Below are positions 27,742 to 37,819 of a DNA stretch of 64,000 bases, piece by piece (the first letter of the stretch is position 1; each line of letters starts with the position of its first letter). Position numbers and translations under genes: made by a program. The stretch comes from Candidatus Latescibacterota bacterium (lineage in GTDB: Bacteria > Latescibacterota > UBA2968 > GCA-2709665), in assembly GCA_965203805.1 (NCBI GenBank), contig OZ241917.1, forward strand, positions 3,456,001-3,520,000, read 5' to 3'. The notes beneath the pieces are model-generated. The model worked only from the letters and a program-made list of their open reading frames with translations. It was not told where the DNA came from and did no database searches.

Positions 27742-29364
27742 TCAAATGCCAAGGATCCCTCGCGCTGCCTGGCGCGCTTCTTCCAGCGTTTCGACAACGC
27801 GGTGCCTGGGTAGATGTCTCAGGATGCCGAGCGCGTTCAGGGTTCGCTGAACCAGGCCGGGCAGTCCCATGACAATGCATTCGGTCTGCTCGCCTTTGGC
27901 GATCTCCATGAGTTGCCCGATGACCATGGCTGCGCTGTCGTCGAGATAGGTGGCGCCCGAGAAATCGAAGATGACCACGTCGTGGTCTTTGATGTCCGCG
28001 CCAATGACGCCGGCCAGCTTGTGGGAGGATGCGACGGTGAGACTTCCTCTGAGCGCGACCAGGCCGACCCGCGCCGAGTACGGACTCAGCGCGTCGGCGT
28101 CCATGTCTTCCTCCTCGGCGAAGAACGTCCGGTCCAGCAGCGGCACGGAGACCACGCTGTCCAGCTCCAGTCGTTCCAGTTGCCGTGCGTGCACCATTCC
28201 GGCGGCGATCAGACCGATCGCCACGGCCGTTACCAGATCGACAAATACCGTGAGTCCAAGCGTAATCATCATGACGATGAGATGCTCCCGCCGCAGCCGG
28301 TGAACGCGGGCAAGAAGACGCCAGTCGACGACGTCCCATCCGACCTTAATCAGAATGCCGGCGAGAACCGCATGGGGAATCGGCTCCACGTACCGCCCGA
28401 GACCCAGCATCAGAACCAGCAGGAGTACCGCGTACAACGTACCGGAGACCGGCGTCACCCCGCCGGCGCGTATGTTGGTTACCGTCCCGGTGGTGGAACC
28501 CGCGCCGGGCAGCCCGCCGAACAATCCCGATACCATATTTCCGATCCCCTGCCCGACGAGTTCCCGGCTCGCGTCGTGCCTCGTGCCGGTCAGTGAATCG
28601 GCAACCAGTGAGGTGAGGAGGCTGTCCACCGAACCCAGAAGCGCGAGGATGAGCGCAGGTTCCAACGCCGTCATCAAGAAGGAGACCGTGGGCGGCATCA
28701 GTTGCAGATCGGGCAATCCCGTGGGTATCCGGCCGATAACCGGTACGTCTCTCAGCCAGACGACGCCGAGCAACGTCCCGGCAAGCAGCGCCAGGAGCGG
28801 GCCGGGCAGATATCTTGCGAAGCGTCGCGGCCAGAGCGCTCCGACGACGAGCGCGACCGTCGCAATGGCCAGCGCGTTGTAATTGACGTTGTCCACCGCA
28901 TCGGACACGGCGTGAATCGTGCCCAGGACGCCGCCCGGCGCCGTAGGGGATCCGAGAAACGGCAGGATGTGAATCACCATGATGATGATCCCGATTCCGG
29001 ACATGAACCCGGAGATGACCACGTGCGGCGTATAGGCGACGAAACGCCCGATCCTCGACAAGCCGAGGAGCACCTGCAGCAGACCGGCCATCACGACCAC
29101 TGTCAGGGCTTCTGAGAGGTTGGATGTGTAGCCCGAAACAATGACCACAAGGGCAACGGTCATCGGCGCCGTGGGGCCCGAAATCTGCGTCCGGGTGCCG
29201 CCGAATACCGCCGCGAAGAAGCCGACCGCGATCGCCCCGTACATCCCCGCAGCCGCGCCCATTCCCGATGCGACGCCAAGGGCCAACGCCACGGGCAGCG
29301 CCACCACGGTTGCCGTGATGCCGCCGAATACGTCGCCCCGCAACGCACTCAAGTCATATTTCAT
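27742..29364 (-). CDS. SulP/SLC26 anion transporter with STAS domain (BicA-like)
   Basis: GDVFGGITATVVALPVALALG, QISGPTAPM, ELVGQGIGN, STAS motif VVIFDFSGATYLDDSA. Confidence 0.92.
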   Translation of the reverse strand: MKYDLSALRGDVFGGITATVVALPVALALGVASGMGAAAGMYGAIAVGFFAAVFGGTRTQISGPTAPMTVALVVIVSGYTSNLSEALTVVVMAGLLQVLLGLSRIGRFVAYTPHVVISGFMSGIGIIIMVIHILPFLGSPTAPGGVLGTIHAVSDAVDNVNYNALAIATVALVVGALWPRRFARYLPGPLLALLAGTLLGVVWLRDVPVIGRIPTGLPDLQLMPPTVSFLMTALEPALILALLGSVDSLLTSLVADSLTGTRHDASRELVGQGIGNMVSGLFGGLPGAGSTTGTVTNIRAGGVTPVSGTLYAVLLLVLMLGLGRYVEPIPHAVLAGILIKVGWDVVDWRLLARVHRLRREHLIVMMITLGLTVFVDLVTAVAIGLIAAGMVHARQLERLELDSVVSVPLLDRTFFAEEEDMDADALSPYSARVGLVALRGSLTVASSHKLAGVIGADIKDHDVVIFDFSGATYLDDSAAMVIGQLMEIAKGEQTECIVMGLPGLVQRTLNALGILRHLPRHRVVETLEEARQAARGILGI

Positions 29365-29389
29365 TGAATCGTGTCCTTATTGTCCTGTC

Positions 29390-29705
29390 GTGTCGCCTGA
29401 CGGCGGATAAACACCCATTGGAACTGCGTTCCGTGCGGACGCGGGCACTCTCTAACACCAACTCGATTGTTCTCAATAGAGTTTTCTCCCTTACCCCTCA
29501 AAATTCCCCTGTTTCCTTGCCCTTTTTCTTGCTTCGCCCAAGAAAAAGGGCGAAAAAGAAGGGCGCCGCTCAGACGCCGCGGGGCTGCTTTTCCGCGAAC
29601 CGCCTTCGTGGAGAGAACCTGCGCCGTTGCCCTGAAACCCTCGAAGACTATCCCGCACTACGTTGCTGGACGGCCTCGCGCGGAAAAGCCCCCACACAAC
29701 CCAAA
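29390..29705. repeat. Repeat family R3, copy lacking the mini-element
   Basis: TTTTTCTTGCTTCGCCCAAGAAAAAGGGCGAAAAAGAAGGGCG|CCGCTC is the empty site corresponding to 8668-8700. Confidence 0.75.
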
Positions 29706-29957
29706 CCGGACGGTGATGAATATGACCCGATATTACCGCCGTCTGGGTTTGTTGTTACCCCGTTGATCGCTGTTTGTCTTTCTTGGCGTCTTTGTGTCTC
29801 CGTGTGAGTTGATTTTGTGCGCCGGGGGAGCGGACCGCGTATCAGCGAGGTAATATCGCCCGGCCCTATGGATTTCCCATCGCGCGATGTCATCATCTCA
29901 CCTCTTACGTCTCACGTCTCCCTCGGAGGGGCGGTGCCGGGCGGCGATGTCCCAGGC

Positions 29958-29985
29958 TTGACAAGGCCGCAGCATACCGTATCAT
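29958..29985 (+). promoter_or_regulatory. Sigma70-like promoter of the GPP34 gene
   Basis: TTGACA-16bp-TATCAT, about 40 bp upstream of ATG 30027. Confidence 0.55.
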
Positions 29986-30026
29986 TATTGTTGCACGTTA
30001 TCCTTCAACACTGAAAGGAAGGGCCG

Positions 30027-30683
30027 ATGCTGAGATTTCCCGAAGAACTCATGCTCCTGATACTCGACGACGAGAACGGGAGGTTCGCCCGTGTTCCGGA
30101 CCAGTCCCTGCGCTATGCGCTCGCCGGCGGGGTGCTGATGGATCTCGCGATGGAGAACCGAATTGACACCGATCCCAAGCAACTGGTTCTTTTGGATTCG
30201 ACGCCCGTAAACGACAGCCTGCTCGATCCGACGCTCGCCGACGTTTCGCAGGCAGACGAAACCCACGACGCACGCTATTGGGTGGAACGCACCGCCATTC
30301 GCAGCGCCACGGGCATTCGAGAGGCGTCTCTGGACCGGCTGGTTGAAAAAGGTATCCTGGAACGCCGCGACGACCGGTTTTTGTGGGTATTCAGGTCACG
30401 GCGGTATCCCGTGGTGGATGACCAGGCCGAACGGGAGGTCAAGCTCAGGATTATGGAGATCCTGTTCAGCGACCAGATCCCGGACCCTCGCGACGTCGTG
30501 ATCATCAGCCTTGCGCACGCCTGCAACCTCTTCAGCCAGATCCTGTCCGCCAGGGAGCTGGCGCGCGTGGCCCCCCGAATCAACCAGGTGCGCAAACTCG
30601 ATCTGATCGGCCAGGCGACGTTCCGGGCGATTACGGAAATCGAACTGTCGCTCGCTCTGGCCGTACAGATGCGTCCGTATTAG
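30027..30683 (+). CDS. GPP34 (Golgi phosphoprotein 3) family protein
   Basis: EELMLLILDDE.G, ALAGGVLMDLA...RI, LDRLVEKGIL...FLWVFRSRRYP, PDPRDVVIISLA.AC. Confidence 0.85.
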   Translation: MLRFPEELMLLILDDENGRFARVPDQSLRYALAGGVLMDLAMENRIDTDPKQLVLLDSTPVNDSLLDPTLADVSQADETHDARYWVERTAIRSATGIREASLDRLVEKGILERRDDRFLWVFRSRRYPVVDDQAEREVKLRIMEILFSDQIPDPRDVVIISLAHACNLFSQILSARELARVAPRINQVRKLDLIGQATFRAITEIELSLALAVQMRPY

Positions 30684-30721
30684 CCTTAATGCGACAAAAT
30701 CAGCAGCCCCGTTCGCCGCCA

Positions 30722-32464
30722 CTACGACGCGTCCTCCACCCGTACGGTAACGATGTCCAGATCGTGATATTTCTGGTGGCGCACCGACGAGGCGTAATGG
30801 CGTAACAGCCTGAACGAGATTTCATGCTCGTCCAGGATCTCCGGCTGTTCACTCAGATACGCCAGCCTGTCTTCCAGATTTTCTCCCGCCGCAGCCGCCA
30901 GAAACTCCAGTTCCGCAGTCTCCTCCACGTGCCGGACGGTGATGACGAGCAGCCGCCCACCCTCACGCGCACGCTCACCGGCCTGTTCTATCAGAATCGA
31001 CAGGGTCTCTTCGCCCGCGGCGCACAGCCGGCCGGTTGCCGGCTCCGTCCAGCCGATACCTGCCGCAAACCTGCGGAGGAACTTGTCGATCCCGGGAAGT
31101 GATCCGGCGGACAATTCGACCTGGAGGCGCTTCCGGCGGCGCGCCGTCAATTCCAGGAAAGCGGTCAGCAGGATGGCCGCGAGACCGCCCGCGGTCATCC
31201 CGTTGCCAAGCAACGTCCCCCACGTCCCGCCAATCAAATCAGGAAAGATCACCTGATGCTGAAAACCCACACCCAGCCAGAACGCCAGCCCGACCACCGT
31301 GGCCTTCCGGTGATCGACGCCGTCCTCGACAATCAGCTTCATGCCCTGTACGAATAACAGGCCGATCAGCAGCGTGACATAGGCAGCTGCGACGGGATTG
31401 GGAATGGCGATCACGAGGGCGGTTACTTTGGGGGACAGGGCCAGCAGGACGAATAAGACTCCGATATATATCCCGACGCGGCGCGCCGCGACTCCGGTCA
31501 GTTCGGCAAGCGATATGCTGGTCGAATAGGTGGTATTGGGAGGCGTGCCGATGAGACCCGAGAGCAGATTACCCATGCCGTCGGCGTTGAGGGCGCCCTG
31601 CACCAGGCGGAAGTCGGTTGCACGGGGCCGGCGCCGGGAGACCCGTTGAATGGCGACGCCGTCGCCGACGGTCTCGATCGCCCCGACGACCGTAACGACC
31701 ACGAATGCCGGAAGCAAAGCCCAGAATTCCGCGCTCATCGAGAGGTCCAGCCCCGGCCAGGCGTAAGCGGGAAAGCCGATCCAGGGTGCTTCGAGAACAG
31801 GACGTACGTCGTACAGTCCGAGCGGCGCGGCAACCGCGCATCCGACGCCAATTCCGATCAGCGGCGCCCACAGCCGCAGTACCGCGGGGGCCCGCAGCGC
31901 CAGCACGACGAGCGTCACAAACGCCGCACCGGCCGCGGCCGGCGGCGCCGCCGCCGGCGTCCCCTCGGGCACGTCCTTCAACAGGCCGAAAACCACAGGC
32001 ATCACCGTGACGGCAATCAGCATGATCACGGTTCCGGCGACAACCGGCGTAATAATTCTGCGCAGGAGCGAAAGACGCGAGGCCAGGGCGAACTGAAACA
32101 GCGAGGATACCACGATCAGGCTCGCCATTAAAGCCGGCCCGCCCTTCGCCAGCGCCGTAATGCACACGGCGATGAAAGCGCCGGACGTGCCCATGATGAG
32201 CACGTGCCCCGCCCCGATGCGTCCAACCCTCGCGGCTTGCAGAACCGTGCTTATGCCGCTGACCACCAGCGCCGCGAAGGCGATCCAGTTCAGGTAGCTG
32301 TCCGGTTGACCGGCCGCCCGGCCGATAATCACCGCGCTGAGCACCACCGGCGCCAGGACCACGACGGCGGCCTGGAAGCCGACCGCGGCGGCAGTCGAGT
32401 GAGGGGGACGCTCGTCCGGTTCGTACCGGATGGTATCGATTGTACGGGATTCTTCTTCAGACAT
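30722..32464 (-). CDS. NCS2 xanthine/uracil permease with C-terminal soluble extension
   Basis: YEPDERPP, STVLQ, AIETVGD, GALNADGMGN...GTPPNTTYS, TGVAARRVG, followed by about 135 extra residues. Confidence 0.88.
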   Translation of the reverse strand: MSEEESRTIDTIRYEPDERPPHSTAAAVGFQAAVVVLAPVVLSAVIIGRAAGQPDSYLNWIAFAALVVSGISTVLQAARVGRIGAGHVLIMGTSGAFIAVCITALAKGGPALMASLIVVSSLFQFALASRLSLLRRIITPVVAGTVIMLIAVTVMPVVFGLLKDVPEGTPAAAPPAAAGAAFVTLVVLALRAPAVLRLWAPLIGIGVGCAVAAPLGLYDVRPVLEAPWIGFPAYAWPGLDLSMSAEFWALLPAFVVVTVVGAIETVGDGVAIQRVSRRRPRATDFRLVQGALNADGMGNLLSGLIGTPPNTTYSTSISLAELTGVAARRVGIYIGVLFVLLALSPKVTALVIAIPNPVAAAYVTLLIGLLFVQGMKLIVEDGVDHRKATVVGLAFWLGVGFQHQVIFPDLIGGTWGTLLGNGMTAGGLAAILLTAFLELTARRRKRLQVELSAGSLPGIDKFLRRFAAGIGWTEPATGRLCAAGEETLSILIEQAGERAREGGRLLVITVRHVEETAELEFLAAAAGENLEDRLAYLSEQPEILDEHEISFRLLRHYASSVRHQKYHDLDIVTVRVEDAS

Positions 32465-32498
32465 TCAACTCCCCCGATCGGTCCGCGTGAGAATTCTG

Positions 32499-33272
32499 CT
32501 ACAGACGCCAGACCACGAGCATCTGCGCGATCATTTCGTCTCCGTCCGTTCCGAGCTTATTGCGCCAATATTGGAACTCCACGCCGACCATGAACTGGTT
32601 GGCTTCGTCCGCCATCGCCTTGCCCGCATCCCACACCAGCTGCGGCTGCGCCAGGATCGATTCGTTGACGTCTTCCCCGAACGCATTGGAACGACCGCCG
32701 ATGTATTCGGCATGCCCCGTGAACGTGAATGACTGTTCGCCCGCTTCGATGGGCAGCAGCCAGCTGACGTCGAACATGAAACTGTTGCCGGTTTTCGGTG
32801 CACCGCCGCCGTCCACGCCGGTGTTGTCGTCAATATAGGCAGTCAGAGCCGTATTCAGGAACAGGAATCCCGGCACGCTCCAGGAAGCCCTTACGCCGGG
32901 CAGGTATTTCAATACCTTGGCGTCGGCCCCCGCGTTGACGCCGGCAACCAGGGCGACGTCCCGAATGGGTCCCAGACGCACGTCCTTCTTCGCCAGCTTG
33001 CCGAAACTCAACGTCGGATACCACTCGGAATAAAAATCTCTGTCGTTGAAACCGTCGCTGCCGCCGTCGTCAATATAGTCCAGAAAAAAGAAACTGTCGC
33101 CCAGGGTCCATCTCGAGGCGTTCTGCACGGTAAACACCATCGTCCGGTGGCTGGACCCCGAGAATGGATTCAAATGAGAGCCGTATTGAAGGTGGAACTC
33201 CGTCTGCGCGGTCGCCGCGGCCGGAATCGCCTGCAGCACAACCCACGCAATTCCGGCGAATACCGTTTTCAT
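32499..33272 (-). CDS. Tsx-like outer-membrane nucleoside channel (DUF5020-like)
   Basis: Signal peptide, GDSFFFLD, FYSEWYPTLS, AQPQLVWD, VGVEFQYWRNKLG, aromatic C-terminus WRL. Confidence 0.8.
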   Translation of the reverse strand: MKTVFAGIAWVVLQAIPAAATAQTEFHLQYGSHLNPFSGSSHRTMVFTVQNASRWTLGDSFFFLDYIDDGGSDGFNDRDFYSEWYPTLSFGKLAKKDVRLGPIRDVALVAGVNAGADAKVLKYLPGVRASWSVPGFLFLNTALTAYIDDNTGVDGGGAPKTGNSFMFDVSWLLPIEAGEQSFTFTGHAEYIGGRSNAFGEDVNESILAQPQLVWDAGKAMADEANQFMVGVEFQYWRNKLGTDGDEMIAQMLVVWRL

Positions 33273-33373
33273 TGCCCTATCCTGTTACGTTATATTGGCT
33301 GTGCGATTCGAGAGTTTTGCAGACCGGCGCGCCGAACGTCGGCAGTCGAAACGTCCTCCACAAAGGAGGCAAT

Positions 33374-34156
33374 ATGTACAAATTCAAACTGGAGATCCTT
33401 ATGGGTATCGTCCGCACCTCAATGACCTGCTGCACAGATTCAGACAATCCACCGTCCCGCCCGGACAAGGTTGCATGGGGGTACGACGCCGGTAACGGAC
33501 CGGACGTCTGGGGCCGGCTGAGCCCGGACTTTGCGCTTTGCGCCAACGGGACGCGACAGTCTCCCGTGGACCTTCGCGACCCGACGGAGCAGAAGCTCCC
33601 GCCAATCGTCTTCAGCTACCGGCCGGGCGCGCTGGATATCCGCAATACCGGGCACACCATCGAGGCGACGCCCACCGTGGAGAACCGGATCGAAGTTGCC
33701 GGCGAAAAATACAGCCTGCTGCAATACCATTTCCACGCGCCGTCCGAACACACGGTGGAAGGAAAATCATTCGACATGGAGATGCACCTCGTTCACCGGA
33801 ACGAAGAAGGCGCGCTGGCCGTCATTGGTGTGCTGATCGAGAAAGGAAACCCGCTCATCGCATTCGATGGAATCCGGCCGCATTTTCCGCACGCGCCGGG
33901 CGAGAAAAAACGAATTGACGGCGCCGCTGTCAACGCCGGTGATTTGATGCCGCGAAGCAAACGCTCGTACCGATATGAAGGCTCCCTGACGACCCCGCCC
34001 TGCTCCGAGGCCGTCAAATGGATTGTGATGGCAACGCCTGTCCAACTTTCAGAGACGCAGATTGGAGCGTTCGCAAACATCTTTCACAAAAATAACCGGC
34101 CGGTACAGGCGCTGAACGGCCGCGAGATTCTCGTGGATATCGGAGACGGGAATTAA
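33374..34156 (+). CDS. Alpha-class carbonic anhydrase
   Basis: AAGGAGG RBS; WGY..GP..WG, QSPVD, QYHFHAPSEH, EMHLVH, YEGSLTTPPCSE, NNRPVQALNGR. Confidence 0.93.
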   Translation: MYKFKLEILMGIVRTSMTCCTDSDNPPSRPDKVAWGYDAGNGPDVWGRLSPDFALCANGTRQSPVDLRDPTEQKLPPIVFSYRPGALDIRNTGHTIEATPTVENRIEVAGEKYSLLQYHFHAPSEHTVEGKSFDMEMHLVHRNEEGALAVIGVLIEKGNPLIAFDGIRPHFPHAPGEKKRIDGAAVNAGDLMPRSKRSYRYEGSLTTPPCSEAVKWIVMATPVQLSETQIGAFANIFHKNNRPVQALNGREILVDIGDGN

Positions 34157-34306
34157 TCGGTGACCGGGAGGTTGAAGAAACGGGGGAGGTTTTCCCGCGG
34201 TTCCGACTTCAAATCCGCCGGCGCCGGCCTGTGCGGCTTCCGGCAAGTCCACGCCCAACAGGCTGCCTGCCGGACTTGCGGGGGCGCCAATCCGTCCGCG
34301 GCTCGC

Positions 34307-35611
34307 TCAGGATTTGCCGGGCGCCGGAATCCCGTATCGCTGTAACGTGCTCGCCAGCGTGGGACGCCCCAGGCGAATCCTGCCGTCGTTCAACAGATAA
34401 GAGAACAGATATCCGGCGCCGAGCATGAGGATCCCGATCAGGAAGCAATACATGACCGCTCGGTCCGGATAGACATCCTTGAGATATCCGACGTACAGGG
34501 GACCCGAGATACCCGCGGCCGCCCATGCCGTCAGGACGGCGCCGTAAATGGTGGACATCTTCTTCGTACCGAAAACGTCCAGGACGAAAGGCGGCATGGT
34601 CGCGAATCCGCCGCCGAAGCAGAGCAGGACGTAACAGACCAGGGCCGAGAATATCCAGGGATTCGTCTCCGTCATGAGGATGCCGAAGACGACCATCTGG
34701 CTGGCGAGGAGGACCCTGAAAACCGTGACCCGGCCGAAACGGTCCGAAAGCAGCCCCCAGAACAGACGCCCCAATCCGTTGCAGATGGAGCTTACCGCGA
34801 TAAGCGTCGCTCCGTATTCAGCCAGCGTGCTCGGCTCGATGGAACTGTCCGCCAGGCCCCAGATCTCCTGGAGAATTTCCGACTGGAAGCTGATGACCGA
34901 GATCCCCGCTGCAATATTAAAGAAAAAGACGATCCACATAATCACGAACTGGGTCGTCTTCAGATAGGTCACTGCGGAATCCGGCTCCCCGACATCCATC
35001 GCCTCATCGGCTGCGCCGCCCGCGGGCGCGGCTGACGCAGGCGGATCGCTGAGGGCGAGGCTGCAGGGAAGCAGAATGGCGCCGAATACAATCCCCAGCC
35101 AGATGAATACAAGCGGAAGCGTGCCCTCTGTTGTTACGATCAGGAACGGCGCCAGTCCCTTGCTCAGCAGGAAGGCGCCGACGCCGAAGCCCATGACCAC
35201 GATCCCCGTGGCCAGGCCCTTGCGGTCCGGGAACCATTTGGCCACCGTGGCGACCGGCGTGACGTATCCAAGTCCGATACCGGCGCCGCCTATCACGCCG
35301 TAGCCCAGATAAAACAGCGGTATCGAATCCACGTGAAGCGCGGCCCCGGAGATCAGGTATCCACAGGAAAACAGGATGCTGCCGGTCAACGCCAGGAACC
35401 GCGGGCCCAACCGGGAAAGCATATTGCCCGCCCAGGCCGCCGAGACGCCCAGCGTAAAAATCGCAATACTGAAAGCCCACGCGGTTTCGGTGTGGGTCCA
35501 GCCCCCCTGACGCACCAGGATCGTCTGGAAGAAACTCCAGGCGTAGACCGTGCCGAAGCACACCTGCAGGATCGTGCAGAAGACTGCGATAACGCATCTT
35601 GGAATACGCAA
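34307..35611 (-). CDS. MFS transporter, oxalate:formate antiporter (OFA) family
   Basis: GTVYAWS, GLGYVTPVATVAKWFPDRKGLATGIVVMGFG, NGLGRLFWG.LSD, FGGGFATMP. Confidence 0.92.
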   Translation of the reverse strand: MRIPRCVIAVFCTILQVCFGTVYAWSFFQTILVRQGGWTHTETAWAFSIAIFTLGVSAAWAGNMLSRLGPRFLALTGSILFSCGYLISGAALHVDSIPLFYLGYGVIGGAGIGLGYVTPVATVAKWFPDRKGLATGIVVMGFGVGAFLLSKGLAPFLIVTTEGTLPLVFIWLGIVFGAILLPCSLALSDPPASAAPAGGAADEAMDVGEPDSAVTYLKTTQFVIMWIVFFFNIAAGISVISFQSEILQEIWGLADSSIEPSTLAEYGATLIAVSSICNGLGRLFWGLLSDRFGRVTVFRVLLASQMVVFGILMTETNPWIFSALVCYVLLCFGGGFATMPPFVLDVFGTKKMSTIYGAVLTAWAAAGISGPLYVGYLKDVYPDRAVMYCFLIGILMLGAGYLFSYLLNDGRIRLGRPTLASTLQRYGIPAPGKS

Positions 35612-35625
35612 CCCCGATCCTCCGT

Positions 35626-36369
35626 TTAACGTTGCTTTGCCGCGGCGTCCCCCGCCCCCTCGGTATCTGGCGAGTTCCCCGATACGTACCGAAACAGGCG
35701 CGCAAGGTCGCCGACTTCATCGTCGCGGGCAAGCAGCTCGTCGTCGTCCGGCTTCTCACGACTTCGATCCTCGGCCAGGTCCACGGCGTAGGAAAGAAGC
35801 CCTCCCAGCGGCTTTGCGGCAAGGTTTACCAGCCAGATCGACGCCAGGACGCCAACAACAAGAAAGATGCTGATGAGAATGACCTGCTGGCCGATGGCGC
35901 GCTGGATCTTGAGTGCGACAATGTCCAGGTCCATTCCCACATGGACCGTGCCGGCAACGCCGGCCAGAATCGGGCTTCCCACCTCCAGAAAGTCGCCCAG
36001 ACCGGGTATGCTTCGTTCAACCGGTTCGGTGCTGGACGGATCGCTCGCGAGGATTTCCTCGGGGATGCCCGGAACGAAGGTATGCGCCAGATACTCGCCC
36101 TTTTCACTGGTAATATAGATGTAGCGGATGCCCTGAATCTCGACGAACTGATCGATCATCGACTGCAGCGTCGCAAGATTCCGGTTCAGGAGGATGTCCA
36201 CGCTGGCGTTGGCGATGGTCTTCGCGATGTCCTTGCTGTTGGACGCGTACTCCGCCGACAATTGCGTGTCTACCGTGTAGATGCACAGGAAAGACGTCGA
36301 CAGTACGATCAGCCCGAAAAGCGCAAAGATACCGAACCTGGTCTTCTGAAACAGCTTTTGGATTTTCAT
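35626..36369 (-). CDS. Membrane sensor-like protein (2 TM, periplasmic domain, HAMP) with no output domain
   Basis: TM1, ~130-aa loop, TM2, KPLGGL...RDDEVGDLARLF, then a stop about 20 residues later. Confidence 0.8.
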   Translation of the reverse strand: MKIQKLFQKTRFGIFALFGLIVLSTSFLCIYTVDTQLSAEYASNSKDIAKTIANASVDILLNRNLATLQSMIDQFVEIQGIRYIYITSEKGEYLAHTFVPGIPEEILASDPSSTEPVERSIPGLGDFLEVGSPILAGVAGTVHVGMDLDIVALKIQRAIGQQVILISIFLVVGVLASIWLVNLAAKPLGGLLSYAVDLAEDRSREKPDDDELLARDDEVGDLARLFRYVSGNSPDTEGAGDAAAKQR

Positions 36370-36370
36370 A

Positions 36371-37738
36371 TTACGAAAGCCAGCTTTCCCAGTCGTCCAG
36401 CGTCACAAAGCGGCCGTCCTGAACGACGGTATAGTAAACGGTTTGCAGCCCCTGTCGCCGGTTGGGTCCGAAAGAAACCCGCTCCCCGATGCCGAGATCG
36501 AAGTCCCGAACCGAGAAGACCGCGTCTTCCAGCCCCATCCTGCTGGGAATGTCTCCCAGGCGCCGGAGAATCTCGGTCATCAGCTTCGCGTCCAGAAAGC
36601 CCTCCAGGCTGACAAAGCTCTGCTCGAACGGGCTATAGGGCTCTTTGACCAGTTCCGTCGGAACAGCCGGATTGTATCGCGCCATCAACTCGCGGTACTC
36701 TCTCACGGCTGGAATGGAAGTGTCTTCGTAACTGGGCACGACCTGGGAATTGACGAGATACCGGGTGTACGTCTCCGCGTCGTCGCGGTCCTCGCTGAGC
36801 AGATGCAGCAGATTCTCGCTGCCCACGAACGAAAGATTGGCGATCGGGACCCTTAGGCCCAGGTCGACCGCGTCGCGGGCGAACGCGGCGCACGCGGCGT
36901 ATGATCCGATGCAGATGACGGCGTCCGGTGAAACGCCTTGCAGGATTTCCACCTGCCGCCTCATGCTTCCGGTGAACCTTTGACCGCGGCGGTAGGTCGC
37001 CTCGCCGGCGAGTCGTTTGCCGTGCGCCTTCAGTGCGGCTCTCACGCCCGCCCAACCACTGCGGCCGTACGCGTCGGCCTGGTAGAACACGGCGATCCGC
37101 TTTCTGCCCGTCCGAACGAAATTGTCCACGAGACCGGCGGTTTCCTGGCGGTAGGACGCCCTGAGATTGAACGCGAAATCACCGTATGGCGGCTCCCGTT
37201 GCGGCTGAGCGCCGGTAAACGGAAAGAAAAGATAGACCCGCTCGTCCTGGAATTTCTTCAACAGCGGCAGGGCGCGAGTCACGGTCGGCGTACCTACGTA
37301 CCCGAACAAAAGGAACACGCGGTCTTCCACCATGAGCTTCATGGTGTTCTTCACGCACGGGTCGGGCTGGTAGCCGTCGTCATAAAGCTTGAAGACGATC
37401 CGGCGGCCGCCAACCCCGCCATTCTCGTTGACGTAATTGAAGTAGGACCTGGCGCCCCGGTAGAGCTCGCTGCCCAGCCCCCGGGAGGGCCCGGAAAAAG
37501 CGGCGGACATGCCCAGGACGATCTTGCCGTCATATACGCCTTCAGAGCCGTCGCCACTTTCGGAGTTTTCTGCTGAAACCCCCTCTGATCCTCCTGTTTG
37601 GGCGCCAACGTCGCGCCAACCTCCCCACGATAGCGCCAGCAGCCCGAAAAGGCCTCGGCGGAGCAACGACCTTCGCGTAAGATCAAACGCAGGATCGTTC
37701 CGTGCGTCGCGTCCGTCGGTCCAATTTGGAAAAACCAT
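36371..37738 (-). CDS. Tat-exported periplasmic binding protein (Peripla_BP_6 / LivJ-like)
   Basis: TRRSLL twin-arginine signal; IVLGMSAAFSGP, YDDGYQP, GYVGTPT, NLRASY, YQADAYG. Confidence 0.88.
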   Translation of the reverse strand: MVFPNWTDGRDARNDPAFDLTRRSLLRRGLFGLLALSWGGWRDVGAQTGGSEGVSAENSESGDGSEGVYDGKIVLGMSAAFSGPSRGLGSELYRGARSYFNYVNENGGVGGRRIVFKLYDDGYQPDPCVKNTMKLMVEDRVFLLFGYVGTPTVTRALPLLKKFQDERVYLFFPFTGAQPQREPPYGDFAFNLRASYRQETAGLVDNFVRTGRKRIAVFYQADAYGRSGWAGVRAALKAHGKRLAGEATYRRGQRFTGSMRRQVEILQGVSPDAVICIGSYAACAAFARDAVDLGLRVPIANLSFVGSENLLHLLSEDRDDAETYTRYLVNSQVVPSYEDTSIPAVREYRELMARYNPAVPTELVKEPYSPFEQSFVSLEGFLDAKLMTEILRRLGDIPSRMGLEDAVFSVRDFDLGIGERVSFGPNRRQGLQTVYYTVVQDGRFVTLDDWESWLS

Positions 37739-37819
37739 GCCGTTCCTCTTCAGCTGAAATACGGATTTGCCTGAAGCACCGGGGATTCCCCGCCAATGCG
37801 ATCGCAGGCCGATCGTTCC

